From an uncultured delta proteobacterium (lineage in GTDB: Bacteria > Myxococcota > UBA727 > VGSZ01), in the NCBI GenBank assembly GCA_963775425.1, contig CAVZJB010000009.1, positions 272,616-336,615 of the forward strand: a stretch of 64,000 nucleotides of DNA. The letters run 5' to 3'. Position numbers and translations under genes: made by a program. The notes beneath the pieces are model-generated. The model was not told the origin of the DNA and searched no databases. It saw only the letters and a program-made list of their open reading frames with translations. This document shows, piece by piece, positions 40,561 to 50,800 of this stretch (position 1 is its first letter; each line of letters begins with the position of its first letter).

Positions 40561-41922
40561 ATGAGCAACACGTCGCTGCCCCCCACGTTCCTCGCCGAGA
40601 CCACCGCGCGCCTGCGGGCCGCCAACGAGCCCGTCACCCGTCGCTTCGTCGGCGAGAGCGCCTCACGCCAGCCGGTGCACACGGTCTACGGCGGGGCGCA
40701 GCTCTTCAAGAAGGACGCGGCGTGGAAGCTCGGCCGCGGCGCGCTCAAGGCGCTCGACGAGTACGCGCCCTCGGCGGACGTGTTCGCGCGCGCCGCGGGC
40801 ATCCGCGCCGACGTCGCCGGCGTCGTGTACGAGCGCGTGCGCGAGAAGCTCGTGCGCGAGCCCGTCGAGGACATGCGCATCGACTTCGAGGACGGCTACG
40901 GCAACCGCCCCGACGACGAAGAAGACGCCGAGGCGGTGCGCTGCGCGCACGAGGTGGCCGCCGGCATGAAGGATCCGCGCGCGCCGGGCAGCGGGCTGCC
41001 GCCGTTCATCGGCATTCGCATCAAGACCTTCTCGGACGAGCTGTTCGCGCGCGCGGTGCGCACCCTCGACCTTTTCGTGAGCGCGCTCGTCAAAGACACC
41101 GGCGGTAAGCTGCCGGACGGCTTCGTCATCACGCAGCCGAAGATCACCACGGCCGAGCACGTCGCCGTCCTCGCCGACGTCCTCGAAGCGCTGGAGGAGC
41201 GCCTCGGCCTGTCGTCGGGGGCGTTGCAGCTCGAGGTGATGATCGAGGCGACGCAGTCCATCCTGGACATCGACGGCAGGATCGCCCTGCCCAGGATCCT
41301 CGACGCCGCGCGCGGCCGCTGCGTGGCCGCGCACTTCGGGACCTACGACTACACCGCGTCCAACAACATCACCGCCGCGTACCAGTCCATGGAGCACGCG
41401 GTCTGCGACTTCGCCCGCACCTTCATGTTGCAGGCGTACGCGGGCACGGGCGTGTGGCTCAGCGACGGAGCCACCAACGTGATGCCGGTGCCGGTGCACC
41501 GCGCGGCCGACGGCCACGCGCTCACCGCCGCGCAGGTCGCCGAGAACGTGTCGGTGGTGCACGCGGCGTGGGCGCTGCACGTGCGCCACATCCGCCACTC
41601 GCTGGAAAACGGCTACTACCAGGGCTGGGACCTCCACCCCGCGCAGCTCCCCACGCGCTACGGCGCGCTCTACGCGTTCTTCCTCGAGGCGCTCCCCGCG
41701 GCGAGCGAGCGCCTGAAGAACTTCGTGCAGAAGGCCGCGCAGGCCACGCTCGTGGGCGACGTCTTCGACGACGCCGCCACGGGCCAGGGCCTGTTGAACT
41801 TCTTCCTGCGCGGCATCAACTGCGGCGCCCTCAAGGAGGACGAGGCCCTCGCCACGGGCCTCACCCTCGACGAGCTGCGCGGCCGCAGCTTCGTCAAGAT
41901 CTTGAAGAACCGTCGGGGTTGA
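40561..41922 (+). CDS. HpcH/HpaI aldolase - citrate lyase beta (CitE)/malyl-CoA lyase-like family protein
   Basis: IDFEDGYG, FVITQPKITTAEHV, LQLEVMIEATQSILDIDGRIALPRI...HFGTYDYTASNNI parallel the CitE-fold DLEDAV / LPKVES / IRLWAMIET...GTNDL blocks. Confidence 0.55.
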   Translation: MSNTSLPPTFLAETTARLRAANEPVTRRFVGESASRQPVHTVYGGAQLFKKDAAWKLGRGALKALDEYAPSADVFARAAGIRADVAGVVYERVREKLVREPVEDMRIDFEDGYGNRPDDEEDAEAVRCAHEVAAGMKDPRAPGSGLPPFIGIRIKTFSDELFARAVRTLDLFVSALVKDTGGKLPDGFVITQPKITTAEHVAVLADVLEALEERLGLSSGALQLEVMIEATQSILDIDGRIALPRILDAARGRCVAAHFGTYDYTASNNITAAYQSMEHAVCDFARTFMLQAYAGTGVWLSDGATNVMPVPVHRAADGHALTAAQVAENVSVVHAAWALHVRHIRHSLENGYYQGWDLHPAQLPTRYGALYAFFLEALPAASERLKNFVQKAAQATLVGDVFDDAATGQGLLNFFLRGINCGALKEDEALATGLTLDELRGRSFVKILKNRRG

Positions 41923-41932
41923 AGGCAGCGGC

Positions 41933-42943
41933 ATGCCCGTCGCCAATCCGGTCCAGTTCGCCGTGGTGCGCGAGGATCCCGTCGTCGAGCTCTCGCTCCT
42001 CGCGGACGTCCGGCGCGGCGCTTCGACCGCGGCGCTGCTCATCGCCTCGGGCGGCTGCACGGCGCTCACGGTCGCGGCGGCGCGCCCCGACGTGGCGCTC
42101 ACGCTGCTCGATGCGAACCCCGCCCAGCTCGCCCTCGTCGAGCGAAAGCGCGCCGCGCTCGCCGCGCACGCGCCGGGGTCGGCCGCGCGGCGGCGCACCT
42201 TCGGCGTCGACGCGGACGACGCGGCGTCCCTGTCGGGGTGCGGCAACTTCGAGTCGCTGTTTCGCGGGCTGCGCGCCGTGCTCGATGACCTGGTGATGCC
42301 GGCGGCCGAGCGGCGCGCGCTCCTCGCGGGCGACGGCGGCGCGGGCGCGCTCACCGGCAACAGGTACTGGCCGGTGGCGTTCGAGATGTTCTTCTCCGAC
42401 GCCATGCTCGAGGCCATGTTCGGGCCCGAGGCCACGCAGCACGCGGACAAGGGCTCGTACCCGGCGTACTTCCGCCGCGTCGTCGAGCGCGCCCTCGCCG
42501 GCGGCGCGGGGGGAGCGCCGGCGCGCGCGAACCCGTATCTTCACCACGTGTTGCTCGGCCACTACCTCGACGGCGCTCTGCCGGCGTTCCTGGAGCGCAT
42601 GACATGCGCGCAGGCGGAGGGCGCGCGCTTCAATCTCGTCGAGGGGAGCGTGACGCGGGGGCCGTCCTTCTCGGCGTTCGACCTCGTGTCGCTGTCGAAC
42701 CTCTTCGACTGGATGAGCGACGACGACGTGGCCGCGACGTGCGCGCGCCTCGCCGCCGAGTCCAAGCCCGGCGCCGTCGTGGTCTTGCGCCAGCTCAACA
42801 ACCGCGCTCCGGTCGAGCGCTTCTTCGGCGACGCGTTCCGCTTCGACGACGCACGCGCCGCGGCGCTCCTCGCCCGCGACCGCAGCATGTTCTACGAGCG
42901 CCTCGTGGTCGGCACGCGGGTCGCCGGCGGGGGTGGCGCATGA
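41933..42943 (+). CDS. DUF3419 (BtaA-like) protein with SAM-binding Rossmann motif
   Basis: IASGGCTALTVAAARPDVALTLLD (GxGxG plus acidic residue) and LSNLFDWM resemble the BtaA N-terminal/DUF3419 family. 4-nt overlap with the next gene. Confidence 0.5.
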   Translation: MPVANPVQFAVVREDPVVELSLLADVRRGASTAALLIASGGCTALTVAAARPDVALTLLDANPAQLALVERKRAALAAHAPGSAARRRTFGVDADDAASLSGCGNFESLFRGLRAVLDDLVMPAAERRALLAGDGGAGALTGNRYWPVAFEMFFSDAMLEAMFGPEATQHADKGSYPAYFRRVVERALAGGAGGAPARANPYLHHVLLGHYLDGALPAFLERMTCAQAEGARFNLVEGSVTRGPSFSAFDLVSLSNLFDWMSDDDVAATCARLAAESKPGAVVVLRQLNNRAPVERFFGDAFRFDDARAAALLARDRSMFYERLVVGTRVAGGGGA

Positions 42944-43689
42944 GCGCGGCGGCGCCCCCGGAGAGCGCGGGTCGCTCGGCTGCCTCGCCGGAGCTCGTGC
43001 GGCTCATCGACGACGTGCTCGCCGACGTCGACTACGCCGAGAACCCCTACTTCACCGCGCTGCGCGACGGGAGCTTTTCGCGCGAGGACTTCCTCGAGAC
43101 GCAGCTCCAATTCCACGCGGCGGTGACGTTCTTCTCGCGGCCCATGGCGGCGCTGGCGGCCAAGATCCCGTCCGCGGAGCTGCGCGTGGAGATCGTGCGC
43201 AACGTGTGGGAGGAGCACGGCGAGGGCGATCCCGCGCGCATGCACGGCGCCACCTTCGTCGAGCTCCTGGCGCGCCTCACCGGCGGCGCCGCCGACGAGG
43301 TGCGGCGGGAGATCGAGCGCCGCCCCCTCTGGCCGGAGGTGCGCGCGTTCAACACCCTCCTCGCCGGCGTCTGCGTGCTCGACGAGTACCTCGTGGGCGT
43401 CGGCTGTATGGGCATCGTCGAGCGGATGTTCGCCGAGATCTCCGGCTGGATCGGAAACGCCATCGTCGCCCGCGGGTTCCTGCCCGCCGACCGGATGATC
43501 CACTACAGCCTTCACGAGTCCCTCGACGTCAAGCACGCGTCCGACTTCTTCGCCGTGCTCGACGCCGCCTGGGGCGCCGCCGACGAGCGCTACCGCATCG
43601 AGCAAGGCCTGCGCATGGGCGCCATCGCGTTCGACCAGCTCTACGCGCGCCTGTACCGCTGCCGCGACCGCCGCTGGGTGCGCCCGTGA
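42940..43689 (+). CDS. haem-oxygenase-like di-iron oxidase/oxygenase (HDO; PqqC/CADD-like 'iron-containing redox enzyme' family)
   Basis: ENPYFTALRDGSFSREDFLETQLQFHAAVTFF...IVRNVWEEHGEG...HYSLHESLDVKHA: the E/H-rich helices typical of this family. Confidence 0.6.
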   Translation: MSAAAPPESAGRSAASPELVRLIDDVLADVDYAENPYFTALRDGSFSREDFLETQLQFHAAVTFFSRPMAALAAKIPSAELRVEIVRNVWEEHGEGDPARMHGATFVELLARLTGGAADEVRREIERRPLWPEVRAFNTLLAGVCVLDEYLVGVGCMGIVERMFAEISGWIGNAIVARGFLPADRMIHYSLHESLDVKHASDFFAVLDAAWGAADERYRIEQGLRMGAIAFDQLYARLYRCRDRRWVRP

Positions 43690-44846
43690 CGCGCCCGCGT
43701 CGTCGACCGCGCGCGGGGCGCCCGCCCACGGGCCGGTGGGCCGCCGCGCCCGTCACCGCCCTCGTCCTCGCCGTCACCGGCGCGCTCGCGGGCTGCCCCG
43801 CGCCGGCGAGCGAGGATCCGTTCGAGCTCGTCATCGCCGCCAAGAAGGCGGCCGCCGACGTGCGCGCCGACGGCGCCCGCGTCGCCTACACCGACGGCCT
43901 GGAGGCGAGCAGCGACGGCCAGGGGGTCGGGGTCGACGTCGTCGTCGCCGAGCGCGGCGAGGAGATCCTGCGCGCGCCGGCCGACGTCGCCGTGCGCGGG
44001 ATGGCGCTCGGCAAGACCTCCGTGGCCACGCTCGAGCTCGCCGAGGCCGCCGCCGTCAATCAGCACGTGGTCATCCGTCCCCTCGACGGCGGCGACGCCA
44101 TCGATGTCCCTCGCACGGACGCGCCCCTCGCCCTCGCCGCCGTCGACGACGGCGCCGGCTACCTCTGGATCGAAGCGCGCCTCGACGGCACCGACGACAC
44201 CGGCGGCGGCGTCGACGGCCTCTATGTGCTCACGCTCGTCGAGGCCGGCGAGGACGGTGTGGTGACCAGGCGCACGCCCTTCGACGCCGGAGAGATCCGC
44301 GCCCCCGCCGCCGTCCTCGAGCTGTTCCCGCGCCCCTTCGGCGTGCTCGTCGCCGGTGACGACGTCTACTTCGGCTGGGACTCCGACCTCTGCCGCGGCG
44401 GCTCCGTGCTCTACCGCGTGAGCCGCGCCGACGGCCACGGCGTCGCGGAGTGGCGCGGGCGCGTCGCCGCCGTCGGCCCCGTCGACGGCACGACGTGCGA
44501 GTGCGACACCACCGTCGCCGACAACGTCACGGACCGCGGCCAGGCCGTCGCGCTGGACGCGGGGACACCGGTGGTGGTGGGCGGTGTCTTCGACTGCGCC
44601 TCCGTGAGCGCGGAGCGCGGCTTCGTGCGTGACGGCGAGGACAGCGCCGAGGTCGAAGACGCGCTCCGCTTCGCGGGCTTCTCGTCGAGCGGCGTCACGG
44701 CCACCACGCCCACGGGAGTGGTGAAGCTCGTCGGCGTCGGCGAGGGCGCCGTCGTGAACGCCCACTCGCGCGTGACCGGCCTCGCGGTGGACGGCGGCGA
44801 CGTGTTCTTCAGCCTCGAGGACGGCGTCTACCGCCTCACGCCGTGA
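43686..44846 (+). CDS. lipoprotein of unknown function
   Basis: GTG start overlapping the upstream stop (GTGA). RPRRRPRAGR n-region, VTALVLAVTGALAGC lipobox. High GC3. Confidence 0.55.
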   Translation: MTRPRRRPRAGRPPTGRWAAAPVTALVLAVTGALAGCPAPASEDPFELVIAAKKAAADVRADGARVAYTDGLEASSDGQGVGVDVVVAERGEEILRAPADVAVRGMALGKTSVATLELAEAAAVNQHVVIRPLDGGDAIDVPRTDAPLALAAVDDGAGYLWIEARLDGTDDTGGGVDGLYVLTLVEAGEDGVVTRRTPFDAGEIRAPAAVLELFPRPFGVLVAGDDVYFGWDSDLCRGGSVLYRVSRADGHGVAEWRGRVAAVGPVDGTTCECDTTVADNVTDRGQAVALDAGTPVVVGGVFDCASVSAERGFVRDGEDSAEVEDALRFAGFSSSGVTATTPTGVVKLVGVGEGAVVNAHSRVTGLAVDGGDVFFSLEDGVYRLTP

Positions 44847-44906
44847 CGCGGCGGTCCGGCCGCCGTTGACCGCGAGCGCCCGGCGCGGTCTCACTGCACC
44901 CAGGGC

Positions 44907-45707
44907 ATGCGCTTCTTCAAGATCACCCGCGAGATCCTGCCGCGCTGGCAGGAGAAGCTCGAGGCGCTCGAGCAACTGAGCGTCTATCCCCTCGGCGCCG
45001 ACGCCTTTCGCCTCACGCACGGCGCGGACTACTTCGCGTTCTTCGAGCGCATGGGCGAGGTCCACTACTACGCGATCGAGGAGGGCGGCGCGCTCGCCGC
45101 GGTCGCTTGCGGCGTGTTGCGGCCGGCGTCGGTGCGGGCGCCGCGTCGCTGGTACGCCGCGGACCTGAAGGTGCACCCGGCCTTTCGTGGGAGACACCTG
45201 CCGATCACGCTGCTCCGCCGCGCGTTCCTCCAAAACTGGCTCCGCTGCGGGCGCGGGTACGCGGTGGCGATGGACCCGTCCGACGGGCGCGTGCCTCCGG
45301 GGGTGCGGCTGATGGCGCACTTCAAGTGGATCCCGATGTCATTGATGGCGCTCGCCAAGATCGACGTCTACGCCGCCGACGAGCACGGGATGAAGCGCGC
45401 CGCGCCGCTCATCGCGCGTGGAGGCGTGCGGCCTCGATACGTATCGCTCGCAGGGGTCAAGGACCTCGTGCTCGAGAGCTCCAAGGCGCCGCTCGATCTT
45501 CTTCACGTGTCGTTTGCGCCCACCGGCGACGACCGGGTCTACGAGGCGCCGCAACGCGGGGCCACGCACATGTGGTGCGTGCCACGTGAGCACGCGCTGG
45601 CCGGCGCGCTCGCCGCCGAGGGCTTCACGCCCACGGCGAGCGCGACGCTCTTGCACCACCGGCTCGCGCGTATGGATTGGGCGACGCTCGAGACCTGCGA
45701 GATCTGA
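44907..45707 (+). CDS. GNAT-fold acyl-CoA N-acyltransferase-like protein
   Basis: YAADLKVHPAFRGRHL resembles GNAT motif A. 266 aa. Confidence 0.45.
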   Translation: MRFFKITREILPRWQEKLEALEQLSVYPLGADAFRLTHGADYFAFFERMGEVHYYAIEEGGALAAVACGVLRPASVRAPRRWYAADLKVHPAFRGRHLPITLLRRAFLQNWLRCGRGYAVAMDPSDGRVPPGVRLMAHFKWIPMSLMALAKIDVYAADEHGMKRAAPLIARGGVRPRYVSLAGVKDLVLESSKAPLDLLHVSFAPTGDDRVYEAPQRGATHMWCVPREHALAGALAAEGFTPTASATLLHHRLARMDWATLETCEI

Positions 45708-45709
45708 AC

Positions 45710-47662
45710 GTGTGCGGCATCGTCGCCGTCCTGCGCCTCGGCGAGCGTCCGCTGCCCGGGGACGACGCGGTACGCGCGATGACCCGAGCCATCGCTCACC
45801 GCGGCCCCGACGGCGAAGGCTTCCATCGCGACGACGACGTCGCGCTCGGCGTGGTGCGGCTGGCGGTCGTCGACGTCGGGCACGGGCGGCAGCCGGCGCG
45901 CGGCTGCCGCGGCGCCGGGCCCGTGTCCGTCGTGAACGGCGAGCTCTACGAGCACCGCCCGCTGCGCGCGGAGCTCGCCGCGCGGCACGAGATCGTCGAC
46001 GCGTGCGACGCCACGCTGCTGCCGCATTTGTACGAGGACCACGGCGCCAACATGGTGCTGCACATGCACGGCATGTTCGCCTTTGCGCTGTGGGACCGGC
46101 GCGAGCGCACGCTGCTCCTCGGCCGCGACCGCCTCGGCATCAAACCGCTCTTCTTCGCCGTCACGCCCGACTTCCTCGTTGCTGCGTCGGAGGCAAAGGC
46201 GATCTTCGCCTCCGGCCTCGTCCAGCCGCGCATCGATCGCGACGCCGTCGACGACCTCTTCTCCCTGGGGTACCCGTGCCCGCCGCGCACGATGTTCGCC
46301 GGCGTCACTGCGGTGCCCCCGGGGCACACGGTGACGGCTCGCGCGGGCGGCGGCGCACAGCGAGGCCGCGTCGACGCCGCTCGCCGCTACTGGCGCGCGC
46401 CGCTGTCTCCGCCGGCGCACACCGGCCAACGAGGGTCGCCCGCGGGGTCGGCCGCCGACGTCCACGACGCCCTCGCCGCCGCCTTGCGCACGCACCTCGA
46501 CGCCGACGTCCCCGTGGCCACGTGGCTGTCCGGAGGGCTCGACTCGTCCGCGGTCTCGGCGCTCGCGCGCGAGGCCGCCGGCGCGCCGCTCCCCGCGTTC
46601 GCGCTCACGTTCCCGGGAGACCCCGAGGGGCTCGACGAGAGCGCACCCGCGCGCGCCGTCGCCCGCTTCCTCGGCGCGGACCTGGACGAGGTGCCCATGG
46701 GAGCTCCGGCGGCTTCGTTGCTCGAGCGCATGACGTGGCACCTCGAGCTCCCGCTCCTCGTCCCCGGCGCGCTCGGCGGCCTCCTGCTCTCCGAGCGGCA
46801 GCGCGCGCGAGGCTTCAAGGTCACGCTCACCGGCGACGGTGCCGATGAGGTGCTCGGCGGCTACGACGTGTTTCGCGCGAGCCGCGCGCGCCGGCTCCTC
46901 GGGGCGCGCGCGTTCTCCGCCGCCGTCGTCGCGGGCGACGCGCTCGGCCTCCTCTCGCCGCGCGGCATCGGTGCGTTCCTCGCGCAAAACGCCCGCGCGC
47001 CACGGACGGACATCGTCGCCCGCGCGTACGGCGGCGTGCGCCCACCCTGGCTCGAGCAGTGGGCGCTCCTCGACGTCGAGCGCGCGGCGCTCCTGTCGCC
47101 CGACGGCAGGCGCGTGCGCCCGATCGAAGAGGCGCCCGCGGGCTTCGCCGCTTTGGTGCGCGAGGACGCCGTCGCGCTCGATCCGCTCGACGCCGAGATC
47201 GCGCTGGAGCTGGAGACGCGCCTGCCCGCGTGGATCCTGGTCATCGGTGATCGCTCATCGATGGCCCACGGGGTCGAGGCCCGCTTGCCGTTCCTCGACG
47301 ACGACGTCGTGCGCACGCTCCTCGCCGTCCGGCCGGCGCTGAAGATGCGCGGGATGCGCGAGAAGGCCGTGCTGCGCGACGCCGTCGCGGGGCTGCTGCC
47401 GCGCGCCATCGTGCGGCGCAGGAAGCAGCCGTTCATGACGCCGATCGCGCCGTGGTTCTTCCCGCCGGGAGCTACGCCGCCCGCCCTGACGCGCGCGCGG
47501 CTCGAGGACGCCGGGCTGTTCGACGCCGCCGTCGTCGCGCGGCTCCTCACGCGTCTGCACACCTCGCGCCCCGGGACGCTCGAGCGCGTCCGGCTGGAGA
47601 TGGTGCTGATGCTCGTCCTCGGGACGCAGCTCCTGCACGCGTCTTTCGTGGCCAGGGCTTAG
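45710..47662 (+). CDS. asnB: asparagine synthetase (glutamine-hydrolysing), AsnB family
   Basis: GTG-Cys start (V/MCGIVAV) for the N-terminal nucleophile. SGGLDSS PP-loop. Conserved C-terminal synthetase domain. Confidence 0.85.
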   Translation: MCGIVAVLRLGERPLPGDDAVRAMTRAIAHRGPDGEGFHRDDDVALGVVRLAVVDVGHGRQPARGCRGAGPVSVVNGELYEHRPLRAELAARHEIVDACDATLLPHLYEDHGANMVLHMHGMFAFALWDRRERTLLLGRDRLGIKPLFFAVTPDFLVAASEAKAIFASGLVQPRIDRDAVDDLFSLGYPCPPRTMFAGVTAVPPGHTVTARAGGGAQRGRVDAARRYWRAPLSPPAHTGQRGSPAGSAADVHDALAAALRTHLDADVPVATWLSGGLDSSAVSALAREAAGAPLPAFALTFPGDPEGLDESAPARAVARFLGADLDEVPMGAPAASLLERMTWHLELPLLVPGALGGLLLSERQRARGFKVTLTGDGADEVLGGYDVFRASRARRLLGARAFSAAVVAGDALGLLSPRGIGAFLAQNARAPRTDIVARAYGGVRPPWLEQWALLDVERAALLSPDGRRVRPIEEAPAGFAALVREDAVALDPLDAEIALELETRLPAWILVIGDRSSMAHGVEARLPFLDDDVVRTLLAVRPALKMRGMREKAVLRDAVAGLLPRAIVRRRKQPFMTPIAPWFFPPGATPPALTRARLEDAGLFDAAVVARLLTRLHTSRPGTLERVRLEMVLMLVLGTQLLHASFVARA

Positions 47663-47820
47663 GGCCCCCGAATGAACAACTCGATCGCCCTCGCGGCCGA
47701 TCCATCGCCGCTGGCTTCGTTGCTCGTCGGTCACGTGGCGACGGCCACGCTCCCTCCTCGCGCCTCGCCATCGGCGCGCCTCGACCGCGATCATCGACCG
47801 ACTTGTTCATTCGAGGGCCC
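47663..47820. mobile_element. MITE-like non-autonomous element: about 158 bp, 17-18-bp terminal inverted repeats (GGCCCCCGAATGAACAA / TTGTTCATTCGAGGGCCC) flanked by direct TTAG
   Basis: Seen directly between the convergent asnB and NRPS stops. The interior is also partly self-complementary. A TTAG (YTAR) duplication would fit an IS5-family target. Confidence 0.5.
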
Positions 47821-47828
47821 TTAGCCCT

Positions 47829-50800
47829 CTAGATCGCGTCGGCCGCGCCGACGTCGGCCTGCGGGGCGGCGGCGAGGGAGCGCGGACGCGCGGGGCGCTT
47901 GTCGACGACCTCGTCGATGAGGCCCGTGATGCACGTGGCCATGCGCTCGATGTTCTCGCTCCGAAACAGCTCGAGGTGCGAGCCCTTCACCGTGACGACG
48001 TCGATGCGACCCTTGACCCAGCGGCGCCAGCCGTTGGTGGGATCGTCCATGCGCGTGGCCGGCCAGCGGAAGGGATGCTCGGCGACAAAGAGCAGGAGCG
48101 GCGCCGTCTCTCCGTTCTGTTTGGGCATGTACGCGAGCTGGGCCTGCGTGAGGATGGCCCAGATCTGCTTCATGCGATCTTCGCGCTCACGGTCGGCGCC
48201 GTCGACGGCGGGCGCGAGCAGCTCGCCGAGGCCGAGCTTGAAGAGCAAGCGGCGGCGCACGTTGTCGATGCGATCCTTCACGTAGTTGAAGCGGCCCAAG
48301 GCGTCACGCCTGCGCAGCTCCTCGACATGCGCGAGCGCGCGCTCCATGCGCGGAAGCTTCTCGGGATAGCCGGGCGCGAAGGCGTCGAACGCGACGATGG
48401 CGCCGACGTTCTTCCCGCGCCGGCGCAGCCGGTGCGCGAGCTCGTAGGCGACCATGGCCCCGAAGCTGTAGCCGCCGACGACGAGCTGCTGCCCCGACAG
48501 CCCGCGCGCGTCGAGCTCGCGCTCGTAGGCCGCGGCGATCTCCTCGACCGACTCGCGTGGCAGGTCTTCGCCGTCGGCGCCGATGGCGGTGAAGGCGTAG
48601 ACGGGTTGATCGGGCCCGAGCCGCTGCGCGAGCTCGCGAAAGATGAACACCTGGCCGCCCGCGCCGGACACGATGAGCAGCGGCGGGCGCGTCCCGTGCG
48701 CGTTCAACACGACGAGGTGGCTCTGCGGCTCGGACGTCGCGCGCTCGCCGTCGCCGAGGCTCTGCGCGAGCGCGGCGATGGTGGGCTTCGCCAGGATGCG
48801 CGACAGCGGGACGTTGATGCCCAGCTCCTTCTTCAGCCGCGACACCACCACGACCGCGAGCAGCGAGTGGCCGCCCATGTCGTCGAAGAAGTCGTCGTGA
48901 ACACCCACCGGCGCGCGCAAGACGTCGCTCCACAGGGCGACGAGCTTCTCCTCGAGCGGGGTGCGCGGTGGGGACAGCGCGCGCCGCTCGAGGACGAGCG
49001 CCGGATCAGGGAGCGCCGCGCGGTCGAGCTTGCCGTTGGAGGTGACCGGCAGGCGGTCGAGCCGCACCAGGGCCGAAGGCACCATGAAGTCCGGCAGCGC
49101 CGCAGCCACCGCCGCCTTCAACGACGGCGCGTCGAAGGGCTGCGCCGCATGGAGCGGCACGACGTACGCCACCACGGCCTTCGCGCCGGAGGCGTCGGGG
49201 CGCGCGACGCACACGACGTCGCGCACGCCGGGCTGCTTGCGCAGCACGGCTTCGATCTCGCCGAGCTCGACGCGGAAGCCGCGCACCTTCACCTGGAAGT
49301 CGGCGCGCCCGAGGAACTCCATGGTGCCGTCGTCCCAGAAGCGCGCGAGGTCGCCCGTCTTGTAGATGCGCTCGCCCGGGAGGAACGGATCGGGGAGGAA
49401 CCGCTCGGCGGTGAGCTCCTCGCGGTTGAGGTAGCCGTCGGCGAGGCAGAGGCCGCCGATGTAGAGGTCGCCGGCGATGCCGGTGGGCGCCGGGCGCATG
49501 TGGCGATCGAGGATGTAGTAGCGGGCGTTGTCGATGGGACGGCCGTAGGGGATGGAGCGCCACGACGGGTCTACGTGGCCGATGCGGTGGAAGTTCGACC
49601 AGATGGCGGCCTCGGTGGCGCCGCCGAACGACACGGGTTCCACACCCTCGAACACCTCGCGCAGGTGGTCGGGCAGCTTGACCGGGATCCAGTCGCCGGA
49701 CATGAGCGCGAGCCGCAGCGTCGACGACGGCGCGCGCGCCGGAAAGAACGGCGCGAGCCGCGCCAGCGCCGGCGGCGCGGAGTCCCAGATGGTGATGCCG
49801 GGCGCGGTGAGCTTCTTCACCAGGAGCTCCGGCTCGCGCAGCGTCTCCACCGAAGCGATCTCGACGACGGCGCCGGCGCCGAGCGCGCCGAAGACGTCGT
49901 AGACGGACAGGTCGAAGCTCGGGGACGTGACGAACAAGAGCTTGTCGCGCGGGCCGACGCTGAAGGTGCGGTTCACCCACTGCAGCGTGTTCGTCACCGC
50001 GCGGTGCGTGAGCACCACGCCCTTGGGCCTGCCGGTGCTGCCCGACGTGTAGATGGCGTAGCTCACGTCCCTCGAGGCGGCGACGCGCGCGGGCCGGGTG
50101 TCGGGAGCGCCCTGCACGTCCGCGCCGTCGACGCCCAGGATGGGGATGCCCGGCGGCGGCGCGCCGTCGCCGTGGCCCCACGGCAGCGACGACGACGTCA
50201 CCACCGCCACCGCTCGCGCGTCTTCGACCATGAAGCGCGCGCGCTCTTCGGGGTAGCCCGGGTCCACGGGCACATATGCCGCACCGGACTTGGCGATGCC
50301 GATCATCGTGGTGACGAGGTCGAAGTTGCGGTCGAGCAGGAACGCCACGTATTGGCCGGGCTTCACCCCGCGGGCGCGCAGCGCGTGGGCGAGGCGGTTG
50401 GCGCGCCGCTCCACCTCGGCGAAGGTGAGCGTCTCTCCCTCGAATTCCAGGGCGACGTCGTCAGGCCGCGCGTCCACCTGCTCCTCGAAGAGCGTGTGGA
50501 TGAGGATCTCGTCTGAAAACGGCGCGGCCGTGTCGTTCCAGCCGAAGACCTGCCGCTTGCGGGTCTCGTCGTCGAGGAGGTCGACGCGCGCGAGGGGCTT
50601 TTCGGGATCCGCCGCGACCTGCGCGCACACCGCGGAGATCTGCTCCACCAGCGCGCGCACGCGGGGCGTGTCGACCGCGCCTTCGTCGACGACGAGCGAC
50701 GCCTGTCCGCCGCTCAGGCGCAGCGCCAGGACCGCGCCCGGCGGGAGGGCCTCGCCGTCGTCGAGCAGGACGGCCACGCACGACAGCGCGCTCGTCTGGA

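Noticed and set aside
47976-50516. 846-aa + strand ORF
   Set aside because: Antisense to the NRPS A/T domains.
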